Source of the DNA: Escherichia phage vB_EcoM_VR25
Strand: one strand, 5' to 3'
Length of the DNA stretch: 64,000 bases
Sequence record: NC_028925.1
Below are positions 38,649 through 51,887 of this stretch, piece by piece (position 1 is the first letter of the stretch; each line of letters begins with the position of its first letter). The notes under the pieces are model-generated. The model did no database searches and was not told the origin of the DNA. It saw only the letters and a list, made by a program, of their open reading frames with translations. A program made the position numbers and the translations under genes.

Positions 38649-38864
38649 TTAATGAACGGTGTGAACCCGAACATCAACAACGAATCGGTCGGTGATTTCG
38701 ACCAGCGGTGCAAACTCTACATGATATTCACCTTTATATCTTGTGTTCATATCATTACGAATTTTTACCAGCTCATTAATCAGGGCAGGTGACATTCCTT
38801 GCCCAGCTAGTTTGTTAAGGAAGCCGTATGCTTCCTCTTTAATTTCATCGTGTTTATCGTACAT
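38649..38864 (-). CDS. Hypothetical protein (71 aa; internal start chosen)
   Basis: ATG 38864 with GGAAGAG RBS; avoids 80-nt overlap with upstream gene. Confidence 0.5.
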   Translation of the reverse strand: MYDKHDEIKEEAYGFLNKLAGQGMSPALINELVKIRNDMNTRYKGEYHVEFAPLVEITDRFVVDVRVHTVH

Positions 38865-39054
38865 AATGCTCTTCCAGGAAGTCCAGGAGGGCCGTGGCGG
38901 AGGTAAAGATACCACCATCAACCTTGTCTTCATCTTTATAGTCCATCACATCCAGACCGATACGTCCATCAGTTAGCGGCCATACGCTGAAAAAGTATTC
39001 ATAACCTTTTTCAATTTCTTCAATCTTGCGAAAAATCTTTTCGATATTGTTCAT
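38854..39054 (-). CDS. Hypothetical protein (about 66 aa; start 39054 or 39066)
   Basis: ORF upstream of cd.x cluster. Confidence 0.45.
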   Translation of the reverse strand: MNNIEKIFRKIEEIEKGYEYFFSVWPLTDGRIGLDVMDYKDEDKVDGGIFTSATALLDFLEEHYVR

Positions 39055-39080
39055 AGGTTTCCACATCTCTACTACTTGAG

Positions 39081-39088
39081 TATAAATA
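39081..39088 (+). promoter_or_regulatory. Late promoter box TATAAATA upstream of the HNH endonuclease gene
   Basis: Exact TATAAATA 27 nt upstream of the ATG at 39115. Confidence 0.55.
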
Positions 39089-39114
39089 TAGTATATCACC
39101 AAAGAGGACATACA

Positions 39115-40954
<1,840 letters not shown>

Positions 40955-40958
<4 letters not shown>

Positions 40959-41491
40959 ACACCAAGCTCCTTATAAAGTTCTTCGCGACAAGTTTTCAGA
41001 ATTTTACCAGTTTCATAAGCTGTGCTTTCAGAAACATCACCAAGTGCAGCGGCAGCTTGCATTTGGCCATGGCGTTTAGCAGCATATTCAAAACTTTTTA
41101 CTAGCTCACGAATACGTTCTTTTTCATTGTATTCTTCAATAAATTCTGGATATTCCCAAACAGGTCGCATCATACGATACCACAGTTGGATGGTAATATA
41201 ATTACTTCCATCCAGATTAATAATTTGTGAAGGCTTAATAGCGCCAGGAGCATAAAAAGTTACCTGTCTTACTACATCAATACCATCCACAATAGCCCAA
41301 GCAAAATCGAAGGTGGCCTTCTTTTCAATTGGCGTGCTCGCACAAGACCCTAACTTTAAGAGCTTTTGTAATACAGGAGATTTAACTCCTGAAATGTACA
41401 CAGGATTAGCTACAAAGCTGTTATCACGTAATGACATAATAGTTTCCTCAAATATTTTATAATCCGTGGGAGCATTATACTCTGCTCCCAA
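40955..41491 (-). CDS. Hypothetical protein (178 aa)
   Basis: ORF between pseT.1-position gene and spanins. Confidence 0.6.
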
Positions 41492-41602
41492 GAGTTTGTA
41501 AACTACTTTCCAAAAAGACCATCAATACACATGCTGAATACAATTCCAAAACAAAAGCATGCAAAACCCAATCTAAAAACATCCCACCCATCGATACAGG
41601 CT

Positions 41603-41896
41603 TCAATCATGACAACGCTCCTCTTTTAGTTCAGAACGATAATAACATAACATACCTTTTTGGTCATGTACATATCTTTTTACATCATTCATCCAAATCC
41701 GGAATTCTTGCGATGCTTCAAAAGGCATACCAACCCATGGTTGACCGTCAATTACCTTCACTTCCCATTGCTGACGGTATTCCATTAATGTCTGTGGCCA
41801 ATTAGGATGAACTTGAATTGTGGGCTCCACAACGGGCTTCTGGGCGCATGAAACAAGTCCAATAGCCAAACATACTGCCATGATAGATTTCATCAT
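41603..41896 (-). CDS. pseT.2: Outer-membrane spanin (Rz1-like lipoprotein)
   Basis: Signal peptide with lipobox GLVSC; follows i-spanin with 4-nt overlap. Confidence 0.7.
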   Translation of the reverse strand: MMKSIMAVCLAIGLVSCAQKPVVEPTIQVHPNWPQTLMEYRQQWEVKVIDGQPWVGMPFEASQEFRIWMNDVKRYVHDQKGMLCYYRSELKEERCHD

Positions 41897-42246
41897 TTGG
41901 TGAGCTCCTGGAAGTCCTGGGCGAACTTATCAAATGACTGGTTAATTTGTTTTTCAACTAATTTAGGCTTAGCTGCCACAACCTTAGTACGTTTTGCATC
42001 TGCACGAAGTTTATCATTTTCCTTCTGCAGAAGTTCAACATATTCCTGGCGCTCCTGGTCAAGGAGATTAATTTGATTGACCTGGTCTTTTATTGATTGC
42101 AGATTTTTCGCGTTATCTTCTGCAACTTTGGTGACCGCAGCCACCTCTGTCTTGAGATTATCCACTTTTGCTTTTAGATAGAAACCACTACCAGCAGTTA
42201 CTACCAGGGCGAGCATAAGCCCCGCAGTGATATTACTTATTTGCAT
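41893..42246 (-). CDS. pseT.3: Inner-membrane spanin (Rz-like)
   Basis: N-terminal transmembrane helix then coiled-coil-rich periplasmic domain. Confidence 0.7.
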   Translation of the reverse strand: MQISNITAGLMLALVVTAGSGFYLKAKVDNLKTEVAAVTKVAEDNAKNLQSIKDQVNQINLLDQERQEYVELLQKENDKLRADAKRTKVVAAKPKLVEKQINQSFDKFAQDFQELTK

Positions 42247-42740
42247 AACTTGATGATTACCTCAACAATATCATCCTGGGATAAACCATTCAGGAGGATG
42301 TGATTTGTACTGTCAGATGCTGAAATGCGGAACTGATTACCAACTTCATCCGCCATATCATCCTGGGTTAACACTGGGTGCTTAATTCCCAGGCGGTGTT
42401 GAAGTGTCAGGGGTTCAACCACAACATAACAAACACATCCATTGATATGCACATTAGGTTGGGTCTGATTGATGAACACTTCTGCATCATATTTAACCAA
42501 ATGGTTCTTTAAGAAGTCAACCATTTCAGGAACAGATTCATGAAGGGCTTCTTTCCGCTCTTCTGATTTCTTATTGCGATATTCCTTCTGTTTGGTCTTC
42601 AACTTATTATCAGACGCCAGTTTCTTTCTTAAGTCAGTAAGGAACCCAACATTTTTGGAACCTTTATAAACATAGATTCCGTCATGGCGGTCACCATATA
42701 CATCAACAATCATATCATTTGAAATCAGTTGCATATTCAT
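42237..42740 (-). CDS. alc: Probable Alc (host transcription shut-off) protein
   Basis: Internal start 42740 (GAGGA RBS) gives 167 aa, the length I remember for T4 Alc, in the slot between pseT.3 and rnlA; assignment by position and size only. Confidence 0.5.
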   Translation of the reverse strand: MNMQLISNDMIVDVYGDRHDGIYVYKGSKNVGFLTDLRKKLASDNKLKTKQKEYRNKKSEERKEALHESVPEMVDFLKNHLVKYDAEVFINQTQPNVHINGCVCYVVVEPLTLQHRLGIKHPVLTQDDMADEVGNQFRISASDSTNHILLNGLSQDDIVEVIIKLCK

Positions 42741-42750
42741 AATATTTTCC

Positions 42751-42984
42751 TCAATAGCGGTTATAACCTCTAGGACCAAAAGAGTTTGCACCCAGGCGCT
42801 CATCTTTCTTTTTGGCTCTTGCTCTAAACCCAGAATCACCTGTTTGGTCTTTCAGTTCTTTTAACAATTTGGCCTTCAGGTCAGTAATGAAACCAATCCG
42901 GCGGTCTCCCTTGTAGACATAGATTCCATCATTTCTGTCACCATATGCCTTTGTAACTCTGTCATTTGAAATTAAGTTTAACAT
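42751..42984 (-). CDS. Small protein paralogous to the N-terminus of the adjacent Alc-like protein
   Basis: MLNLISNDRVTKAYGDRNDGIYVYKGDRRIGFITDLKAKL vs MQLISNDMIVDVYGDRHDGIYVYKGSKNVGFLTDLRKKL; GAGGA RBS. Confidence 0.55.
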   Translation of the reverse strand: MLNLISNDRVTKAYGDRNDGIYVYKGDRRIGFITDLKAKLLKELKDQTGDSGFRARAKKKDERLGANSFGPRGYNRY

Positions 42985-43032
42985 GTTTTGGTCCTCATCA
43001 GTAGTTGATGGAACCATTATGTATAGAAAGAA

Positions 43033-43050
43033 GGGGCTTGTACACCCCTT
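43033..43050. terminator. Hairpin / terminator after rnlA
   Basis: GGGG-CTTGTACA-CCCC stem flanked by A/T runs. Confidence 0.5.
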
Positions 43051-43054
43051 TTTA

Positions 43055-44191
43055 TTATTCAGGCATGATTACATCCGCTTGGTAGTCCGCTGGGATGTAA
43101 AGTTTATGATTTTTAAGGAAAACATTATTGATTTGAGCGATAGTTTGCTCTGTTTCCTGGGGACGTTGATATGTGTTCATTAATACAGAGAACAAACCCG
43201 GATATGGTTTACACAGTTCTTGACCTTTAATCGCAAACTCGCGTCGGTCTTTTCCTGCCAACTGTTTCTGGGCATCAAGCAACAGTCCCAGGGTATTGGA
43301 CAGATAATCCAGATGGGTCAAAGTAAAGGCATTAACTTTTTCACGAGCATAATCATCGCCAGTAAACATGGCAATAACATCATCTGCACCGCCTGCAACA
43401 ACAACTTCAAAAAGACGCTGGTTATTGTTAACAGAATCCTTTGTATGGTGTAAAGCACAATACCATTCTGTCTTAACTTTAAATTTGCGACCATCGACCA
43501 GCTCATAGACAAAGCCTTCAATCTCTTTCATATCACGGACGTTTTCAATTGTAGCCGGGTCATATGCTTCAACCAGGAATGGACGAAGCGCTGCATCTTT
43601 AAACAAATCCTGATAAGGGATATATTCACCAGTTTCATTATGGCGAACGTTCAGTAAAATCAGGTCACGTTCCTGGTAAGGCAAAACAATGCGGTTGGTT
43701 GGTGCAACATATTCCATATTGCATGTATAACCAGCTTCAGTAATTTCAGTTACACGCTCACGGAAAGCTATACGGTGTTCTTGTTTGAATACCTGCAGGG
43801 CTTCTGCTGCCTGGGAGCTTTTGATTGACCCTTTGGATTTAAAAGCAATATTGGTCTGGTCCATATAAGTGGAGACAAGAGAGCCATCAGCCTTGGTCAT
43901 GACCAGCGCAACTTCATCCATATTGATATTCATGGTCAACGGATTTTCGCCCAAGTTAAAGAACTTTTCCATAGGACGAGCCGCAATACGAACTGGACCA
44001 TCTGCATCCATTTCAAACATAATGCCGCGACATTCAAGTGCATCATCAAGGAGCCAATCACTATAGGAAGCATAGTTATAGCTAAAGATACGGAACTTAG
44101 TTTCAAATGGAGAAACGAAATCAGTATAGAAAAACTTACCTTTTTCAGATTCAGCGCACAGCTTCATTAAGTTGTCATATAATTCAATCAT
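43055..44191 (-). CDS. rnlA: RNA ligase 1
   Basis: 378-aa ORF; ...RIFSYNYASYSDWLL.DALECRGIMFEMD... matches remembered T4 Rnl1. Confidence 0.92.
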   Translation of the reverse strand: MIELYDNLMKLCAESEKGKFFYTDFVSPFETKFRIFSYNYASYSDWLLDDALECRGIMFEMDADGPVRIAARPMEKFFNLGENPLTMNINMDEVALVMTKADGSLVSTYMDQTNIAFKSKGSIKSSQAAEALQVFKQEHRIAFRERVTEITEAGYTCNMEYVAPTNRIVLPYQERDLILLNVRHNETGEYIPYQDLFKDAALRPFLVEAYDPATIENVRDMKEIEGFVYELVDGRKFKVKTEWYCALHHTKDSVNNNQRLFEVVVAGGADDVIAMFTGDDYAREKVNAFTLTHLDYLSNTLGLLLDAQKQLAGKDRREFAIKGQELCKPYPGLFSVLMNTYQRPQETEQTIAQINNVFLKNHKLYIPADYQADVIMPE

Positions 44192-44604
44192 TTCTTCACC
44201 TTATGTTGGTAGTTCCACGGGGGATTAAAAAGCTTTATGAACATCGGCTCTTCCAGAGACATAGTTTCGACTGACATCGTACCAAGCTCATTGGTCATTG
44301 ACAGATTGAAACATTGTCGTGCATAGAATACCACCTTTTTACCTGCTTGTAAAGCCTCATGAATCATCCGGGATTTGTTTGAATCACTCGTTTGTTCTAT
44401 ACGATTGATTGCAGTCCGGTAATAATTGATTCGCTTCTTCAGGTTGTTCGTCTTACCAATATACACTAGTTCGTCGTCAACTGAAATAGCGTAGATAACA
44501 TTTTTCTTGTTCGCGAGTGTAAGGGTAGGGATTTTACCATCGACTAACTCTAACTCCGCATATTTTATAAAACTGTATTCGTCAGCGATTTGTTTCATAG
44601 ACAA
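44188..44604 (-). CDS. denA: Endonuclease II (GIY-YIG family)
   Basis: 138-aa ORF with VIYAI...VYIGKT GIY-YIG motif, T4 position. Confidence 0.85.
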   Translation of the reverse strand: MSMKQIADEYSFIKYAELELVDGKIPTLTLANKKNVIYAISVDDELVYIGKTNNLKKRINYYRTAINRIEQTSDSNKSRMIHEALQAGKKVVFYARQCFNLSMTNELGTMSVETMSLEEPMFIKLFNPPWNYQHKVKK

Positions 44605-44605
44605 A

Positions 44606-44622
44606 AAGGGCCGAAGCCCTTT
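44606..44622 (-). terminator. Hairpin between nrdB and denA
   Basis: GGGC-CGAA-GCCC stem followed by T-run on minus strand. Confidence 0.5.
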
Positions 44623-44624
44623 CC

Positions 44625-45803
44625 TTATAGATATTTACGGAAACCAGCAAGAACATTCTCATCGACGTCATTGTCAATCTGGGCTACCAGGTAAGCGGAC
44701 AACTCAACTTCTTGTGGCGCAGATTGCACATTATCAGAATTGAGATATTCGCGAATCCATGGAATCGGGTGCTTAGTAGATTCTAACACGATTTCACAAG
44801 GGAGACCGCATTGCTTCATACGAGAAACTGTCAGGTAATCGATGAACCGGTTAAGAATCTCGACGCTCAGCCCGGGGAGTCCACCATCTTTAAACAGATG
44901 CACAGCCCATTCTTTTTCCTGGCGATTGACTTCCATGAAAATAGCTGCGGCTTCTGCTTCACATTCTTGAGCGATTTTAACCCATTCATCACCGTCAACA
45001 CCAGTCTGCAGCTGACGAAGAATATATTGGGTCCCCTTAAGGTGAAGCTGTTCATCACGGGCGATGAACTTCATTATCTTCGCATTGCCTTCCATGATTT
45101 CCATGTTCTTATGGAAGTTGAAAGTACAAGCAAAAGATACATAAAAACGAATTGCTTCCAGGGCGTTAATGACATGCAGGCAGAGATAAAGAGATTTCAT
45201 CAATGCTCGTTTGGCAATAGCTTCTTGTTTGATAGCTCGTTCCAAACGTTGGTCCACTTCGGGAGTTTCTTTGGCCAGTTCAACAAAAGCAATCTGGTTT
45301 TGCCATTGACGAGTTTTATTCAGAACATCATCATAGTAATAGCCAATTGATTCGGCTCGCTTCATGATTGCATCATCTAACAGGATTTCGTCGAATACCT
45401 TCGCCGGGTCTGTATAGAGATTTCGCATGATGTGTGTATAAGAACGAGAGTGAATTGTCTCGCTGAATGTCCAGGTCTGAATCCATGTATCAAGACTCGG
45501 GTCAGAAACTAATGCGGCTAATGCTGCAGCTGGAGCACGACCCTGGATACTATCCAGAAGTGATTGGTACTTCAGGTTATTGGTAAAAATATTTTGTTGA
45601 TGTTCAGGAAGCTTATTAAATTGAGCTCCGTCCATCATCAAGTTTACTTCCTCGGGCCGCCAGAAAAATGATAATTGCTTTTCTGTTAATTCTTCAAAAA
45701 CTTTATGACGCTGGATATCATAACGAGCGATGCCCAATCCTGAACCAAAAAACATCGGCTCGGCTAAAACATCCACCGGAGTGGTATTAAAAACTGTACT
45801 CAT
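44625..45803 (-). CDS. nrdB: Ribonucleotide reductase small subunit (uninterrupted)
   Basis: 392-aa continuous ORF; no intron. Confidence 0.95.
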   Translation of the reverse strand: MSTVFNTTPVDVLAEPMFFGSGLGIARYDIQRHKVFEELTEKQLSFFWRPEEVNLMMDGAQFNKLPEHQQNIFTNNLKYQSLLDSIQGRAPAAALAALVSDPSLDTWIQTWTFSETIHSRSYTHIMRNLYTDPAKVFDEILLDDAIMKRAESIGYYYDDVLNKTRQWQNQIAFVELAKETPEVDQRLERAIKQEAIAKRALMKSLYLCLHVINALEAIRFYVSFACTFNFHKNMEIMEGNAKIMKFIARDEQLHLKGTQYILRQLQTGVDGDEWVKIAQECEAEAAAIFMEVNRQEKEWAVHLFKDGGLPGLSVEILNRFIDYLTVSRMKQCGLPCEIVLESTKHPIPWIREYLNSDNVQSAPQEVELSAYLVAQIDNDVDENVLAGFRKYL

Positions 45804-45841
45804 TTTATTTCCTCAATAGCTCATCCATGAGCATAATTATA

Positions 45842-48097
45842 TCAAAGTTTACAGGCGGAGCAGTCTTCTGCTTTAGGAGCTTCGATTTCGTAATCGTCTG
45901 TTCCGGAACCGTCTCTAGTGTTATGATAATAAAGGTTTTTTCCACCAAAATACCAGAAGTACATCAAGTCGTCAAGCATAACTGACATCGGAACTTTTCC
46001 TTTCGGAAAAATCTGCGGGTCATAGTATGTGTTTGCTGAAGCTGATTGACATACCCATTTCAACATAATAGCTACCATCGTAAGATAAGGTTTATTACCT
46101 TTCTTAGCTAGCACCCATGCATAATCGTACAACCCTATGTTGTGCTCAATATTGGGCACGACTTGATTAAAGGAACCCTCTTTTGACTCTTTAATAGAGA
46201 CTGGTCCACGCGGAGGTTCGATACCGTTTGTACTGTTAGAAACTTGGGAAGATGACTCACACGGCATAAGTGCTGATAATGTGCTATTACGGATGCCGTG
46301 TGCAACCAGGTCTTCCCGCAACTGCGCCCAGTCACAAACGTAGTTTGGAGCTGCGATTTGGTCAATCTTTTTATTGTACCAGTCGATAGGTAATTCGCCT
46401 CGAGCCCAACGAGTGTCTGAATAATATTCGCAAGGTCCTTTTTCTTTGGCGAGCTTGATTGATGCTCGGATAAGGCCATATTGTAATCTCTCAAATAATT
46501 CATGGGTTAAATCGTTTGCATCAGCGTAAGAAGCGAAATTGCTTGCCAGCCATGCAGCATAGTTAGTAACCCCAACACCCAGGTTGCGACGCTTTTTGGC
46601 TTTCAGAGCTTCTTTAACCGGATAACCCTGGTAGTCCAACAGATTATCAAGAGCACGAACTTGAACTTCGGCCAGCTCGTTAATCTTATCTTGGTCCTGC
46701 CAGTCAAAACTATCCAGAACAAATGCAGACAATGTGCACAATCCGATTTCAGCGTCTTCGCTGTTTACATCAGTAGTCGGGATTGCAATTTCACAACAAA
46801 GGTTCGATTGGCGAATCGGAGCCTTATCGCGGATGAACGGAGTATAGTCATTCACGTTATCAACGAACTGTGGATAAACTCGGGCAGTGCCGGAACGTTC
46901 GGTCATGAATAATTCGAACAGGTCTTTTGCTTTGATGCGCTTCTTACGAACTGTCGGGTCTTTTTCCAAGGCTTCGTATAACTCACGGAATTTATCCGGG
47001 TTATCAAAATATGAATAATACAATTCACCACCGGCTTCGTGTGGACTAAACAGAGTGATGTAATCATTCTTAGCCAGTCGTTCCATCATCAGGTTATTAA
47101 GCTGGACACCATAGTCCATATGTCTGATACGGTTTTCTTCAACGCCCTTGTTGTTCTTCAGAACGAGTAAATTTTCAACTTCCAAATGCCATAAAGGATA
47201 ATAAGCAGTAGCAGCGCCGCCACGGATTCCACCTTGTGAACAGGATTTAACAGCCGTTTGGAAATGTTTCCAGAACGGAATAACACCAGTATGGCGAACT
47301 TCACCCATACCGATTTTCGAACCTTCAGCACGAATCATACCAACGTTGATGCCGATACCCGCACGCTTACTGATATATTCGATGATTGAATTGGCCGTCT
47401 TATTAATTGACTTCAGGGAGTCAGCAGCTTCGATAACCACACAGGAACTGAACTGCCTGGTAGGTGTTCTGGCGCCCGCCATGATGGGCGTGGGCAACGA
47501 AACCTGTCTTGTGGATACTGCATCATAAAAACGGCAAACGTGCTTCAGACGGTCCGTTGGTTCATCCTGGTGCAGTGCCATGCCGATAGCCATGATAGCG
47601 AATTGTGGAGTCTCGTAGATTTTCCCAGTGGTTTTATCTTTAACCAGGTATTTCTCTTTCAACTGCATCGCGCCTGCATAAGTCAGGTCAAAATCACGTT
47701 CGTGCTTGATACGAGATTCCAGATAAGTAATCTCTTCGGCAGAATAGCTTGATAACAGTTCCGGGTCATATTTGCCTTCATTAACACAATAAGAAATCTG
47801 GTCAATAAAAGAACGTGGCTCGAACTGGCCATAGACATCTTTACGCAGAGCAAACATCGTAGCTTTAGCCGCAACATATTGGTAATCTGGTTCTTCAACC
47901 GAGATAAGTCCAGCAGACACTTTGATGATAACCGTCTGAATATCGCGAGTAGTCATACCATCGCGCAGATGTGGTTTGATTGTTTCGTATAATTCATACG
48001 GGTCGATATTAGTTCCTTCACATGACCAGGAAAGAACTTTAATAATTTTCTGGCCATCAAAATCTTGAGATACGCCACTACTTTTTTGTACTTGCAT
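45842..48097 (-). CDS. nrdA: Ribonucleotide reductase large subunit
   Basis: 751-aa ORF with C-terminal redox cysteines (...CSACKL). Confidence 0.95.
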   Translation of the reverse strand: MQVQKSSGVSQDFDGQKIIKVLSWSCEGTNIDPYELYETIKPHLRDGMTTRDIQTVIIKVSAGLISVEEPDYQYVAAKATMFALRKDVYGQFEPRSFIDQISYCVNEGKYDPELLSSYSAEEITYLESRIKHERDFDLTYAGAMQLKEKYLVKDKTTGKIYETPQFAIMAIGMALHQDEPTDRLKHVCRFYDAVSTRQVSLPTPIMAGARTPTRQFSSCVVIEAADSLKSINKTANSIIEYISKRAGIGINVGMIRAEGSKIGMGEVRHTGVIPFWKHFQTAVKSCSQGGIRGGAATAYYPLWHLEVENLLVLKNNKGVEENRIRHMDYGVQLNNLMMERLAKNDYITLFSPHEAGGELYYSYFDNPDKFRELYEALEKDPTVRKKRIKAKDLFELFMTERSGTARVYPQFVDNVNDYTPFIRDKAPIRQSNLCCEIAIPTTDVNSEDAEIGLCTLSAFVLDSFDWQDQDKINELAEVQVRALDNLLDYQGYPVKEALKAKKRRNLGVGVTNYAAWLASNFASYADANDLTHELFERLQYGLIRASIKLAKEKGPCEYYSDTRWARGELPIDWYNKKIDQIAAPNYVCDWAQLREDLVAHGIRNSTLSALMPCESSSQVSNSTNGIEPPRGPVSIKESKEGSFNQVVPNIEHNIGLYDYAWVLAKKGNKPYLTMVAIMLKWVCQSASANTYYDPQIFPKGKVPMSVMLDDLMYFWYFGGKNLYYHNTRDGSGTDDYEIEAPKAEDCSACKL

Positions 48098-48228
48098 GTT
48101 TTCCTCTGTTATAAAATGGGGTCATGCTTATACTAACACATGACCCCTGGAGCGGAATCGTATTTATAGAAGGAAGTTAAGTCCGACCATTACGACCAAA
48201 AATAAAATGCCAGCAATTTGAATTTTCA

Positions 48229-49887
<1,659 letters not shown>

Positions 49888-49891
<4 letters not shown>

Positions 49892-50229
49892 TTTAATTCC
49901 TTAACTGCCTTTTTGATGGCAGTAAAATCTTTGCGAATATCGAGAACCAATTTGTAAAGATGTTTAATTGTATCTGTATCAAAATATGATACCGCGCAAC
50001 GTGATTGGCGAATATCTTCTAATGAATACTTGCTTTCACTTGTGCCATATCCAATGATACCACTAATGCACTTGTCATTAAGCGTATACTTCTGGGGGAC
50101 ATCAATAATATTTTTAGGATAGATGTAAAGGCTCCAATCAAATTTTTGTTCAAGCGTATTAACCTTAACTTCAAGAATCAGTTCAGGATGCGCATCATCT
50201 TTAGCAAAACAAGTGTATTCAGCAAGCAT
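49888..50229 (-). CDS. Hypothetical protein (113 aa; internal start chosen)
   Basis: ATG 50229 with GAGGA RBS; the longer track ORF would overlap the next gene. Confidence 0.55.
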
Positions 50230-50239
50230 TATATTTTCC

Positions 50240-50479
50240 TCACGCTTTCTTAGCGATTTTCCAGTCAGCTTTAAATTGGTCAACATCAGAGTGGTGAATC
50301 CAGAAACCAGATGAGCTACCATCTTCATAAAGAGGACAACCATCACACTCATCTTTCCAACCCATTGCACACAAAGTTTCTTCTGCTTTTTCCAGAGCTT
50401 CAGGATTGTTACCTTGGATTGTGAAGTACCATTTGCCTTTAACTTCTGAATCTTTGATGCTCTCACGTTTTAATTTCAT
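50240..50479 (-). CDS. Hypothetical protein (79 aa)
   Basis: ORF with Cys-rich segment CAMGWKDECDGCP. Confidence 0.55.
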   Translation of the reverse strand: MKLKRESIKDSEVKGKWYFTIQGNNPEALEKAEETLCAMGWKDECDGCPLYEDGSSSGFWIHHSDVDQFKADWKIAKKA

Positions 50480-50538
50480 TTTATTCTCCTCAAGTTGATA
50501 AGGCTATAGTATCACTACCATAGCCCTGTTGTAAACAT

Positions 50539-50784
50539 TTATTTTTGAATTAAGCCCATATAAAATTCAGCATCTTCAACATGCATACCATCGCAATACT
50601 CGTCAGTCATAAAACGAGTAAGGTCTTCAAGAGGACCTTGGACTTCAATTTGGATACTGAAGAATTGAGTATCTTTGATGTAAGTCATACTCAAAGAAGG
50701 ATAACGATTACGGATAACTTCATAAGTGTATTCAAAATCAACGATATCAATATTAACTTTAGCCATTTTATTTTCCTCACTCAT
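50539..50784 (-). CDS. Hypothetical protein (81 aa)
   Basis: ORF preceded by promoter-like palindromic element. Confidence 0.55.
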   Translation of the reverse strand: MSEENKMAKVNIDIVDFEYTYEVIRNRYPSLSMTYIKDTQFFSIQIEVQGPLEDLTRFMTDEYCDGMHVEDAEFYMGLIQK

Positions 50785-50834
50785 TAGTTGATAGGTCTAT
50801 AGTATCTCAACCATAGACATTGTACACTACTTTT

Positions 50835-51101
50835 TTAAATTTTATCAAGCCATTTGCCAAGTTTGGTCATTTCTTTAGTAGCTTTTTCCAGACTTCTGAA
50901 CTTGACTAACAAAGGATAAGTATCTACACCCATAACTAAAGTGGTTACAAGACTATGCTCGCCTACAAGCCATAGAGAATACGTTTGAACATCAAGTCCG
51001 TAATTTCGGTCTTTATGAACACGTACACCCATCACTTCAAACTGTTCGCTGGCTTTTTCTACTGCATCCAGGAAATCATCTTTAGTCATATTAAATTCCA
51101 A
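50835..51101 (-). CDS. Hypothetical protein (88 aa)
   Basis: ORF. Confidence 0.55.
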   Translation of the reverse strand: MEFNMTKDDFLDAVEKASEQFEVMGVRVHKDRNYGLDVQTYSLWLVGEHSLVTTLVMGVDTYPLLVKFRSLEKATKEMTKLGKWLDKI

Positions 51102-51456
51102 AGGTAGCTTTAATCAGGGCAATGACTTCAGCAGCATTTTTGTGATTGACTTGCACATGAATGGTTTGCGTGTCAACAACAGGAGCATCACCATCAACTT
51201 CCAGGAAGTGGCGGAATTCCCATTCAGCGAGTTCAAAGTACTCATCAGCATCATCCATACTATCCAAGATGGTACCATCTTTCATTTCAACTTTTTCAAC
51301 AAAATAATCGCCATCAATAAAGCACATATCCAGGACTTTGAAGGAACTGCCATGCTGTCCCATCAGCTTGACCATGCGCGAATTGTCATCAGGACTACCA
51401 GCGATGAATTGTTTTTTGGCAGCAGGGTCTAATACGTAAAATTTACCAGTTTCCAT
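51091..51456 (-). CDS. Hypothetical protein, member of GKFY...AKKQFIAG paralog family
   Basis: Shares N-terminal motif with ORF 37690-38232 and central GSSFKVL segment with ORF 51522-51779. Confidence 0.6.
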   Translation of the reverse strand: METGKFYVLDPAAKKQFIAGSPDDNSRMVKLMGQHGSSFKVLDMCFIDGDYFVEKVEMKDGTILDSMDDADEYFELAEWEFRHFLEVDGDAPVVDTQTIHVQVNHKNAAEVIALIKATFGI

Positions 51457-51521
51457 TTTAATTTCCTCATATTCAATTGAGGGAACATACTATCATGTTC
51501 CCATTTGTTTGTATACTACTA

Positions 51522-51779
51522 TTATACTTCGCTAAAGAATTTAAATTCGCTATCCAGAATTTCAAAACAGTTCACACCAAAATCATCACTTGATGCGATT
51601 ACACCGTTAGGAAATTCAACGCAATCAACAATCAGCGTATCCATAAACTTGTTAATGCTCAGGACTTTAAAGGAACCGCCATTCTTGTTAATCAGATTAA
51701 CCATATCACAATTCTTTGCATCTTCGCGCTTGTATTCGTTAATCAGATTGTTCAGAGTGTAAGTTTTAAAAGTTTGCAT
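51522..51779 (-). CDS. Hypothetical protein (85 aa), partial paralog of the previous gene
   Basis: GGSFKVLSINKFMD resembles GSSFKVLDMCFID. Confidence 0.55.
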   Translation of the reverse strand: MQTFKTYTLNNLINEYKREDAKNCDMVNLINKNGGSFKVLSINKFMDTLIVDCVEFPNGVIASSDDFGVNCFEILDSEFKFFSEV

Positions 51780-51851
51780 TTCATATCCTTTAGTGTATCA
51801 GCAGTTGATGGAATCATTATGCCTTAGCTCAAAGGACTTGTACACTACTTT

Positions 51852-51882
51852 TTGAAAATAAAAAAGGGACCCGAAGGTCCCC
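51852..51882 (-). terminator. Terminator after gene 32
   Basis: GGGACC-TTCG-GGTCCC stem followed (minus strand) by T6. Confidence 0.65.
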
Positions 51883-51887
51883 TTATA

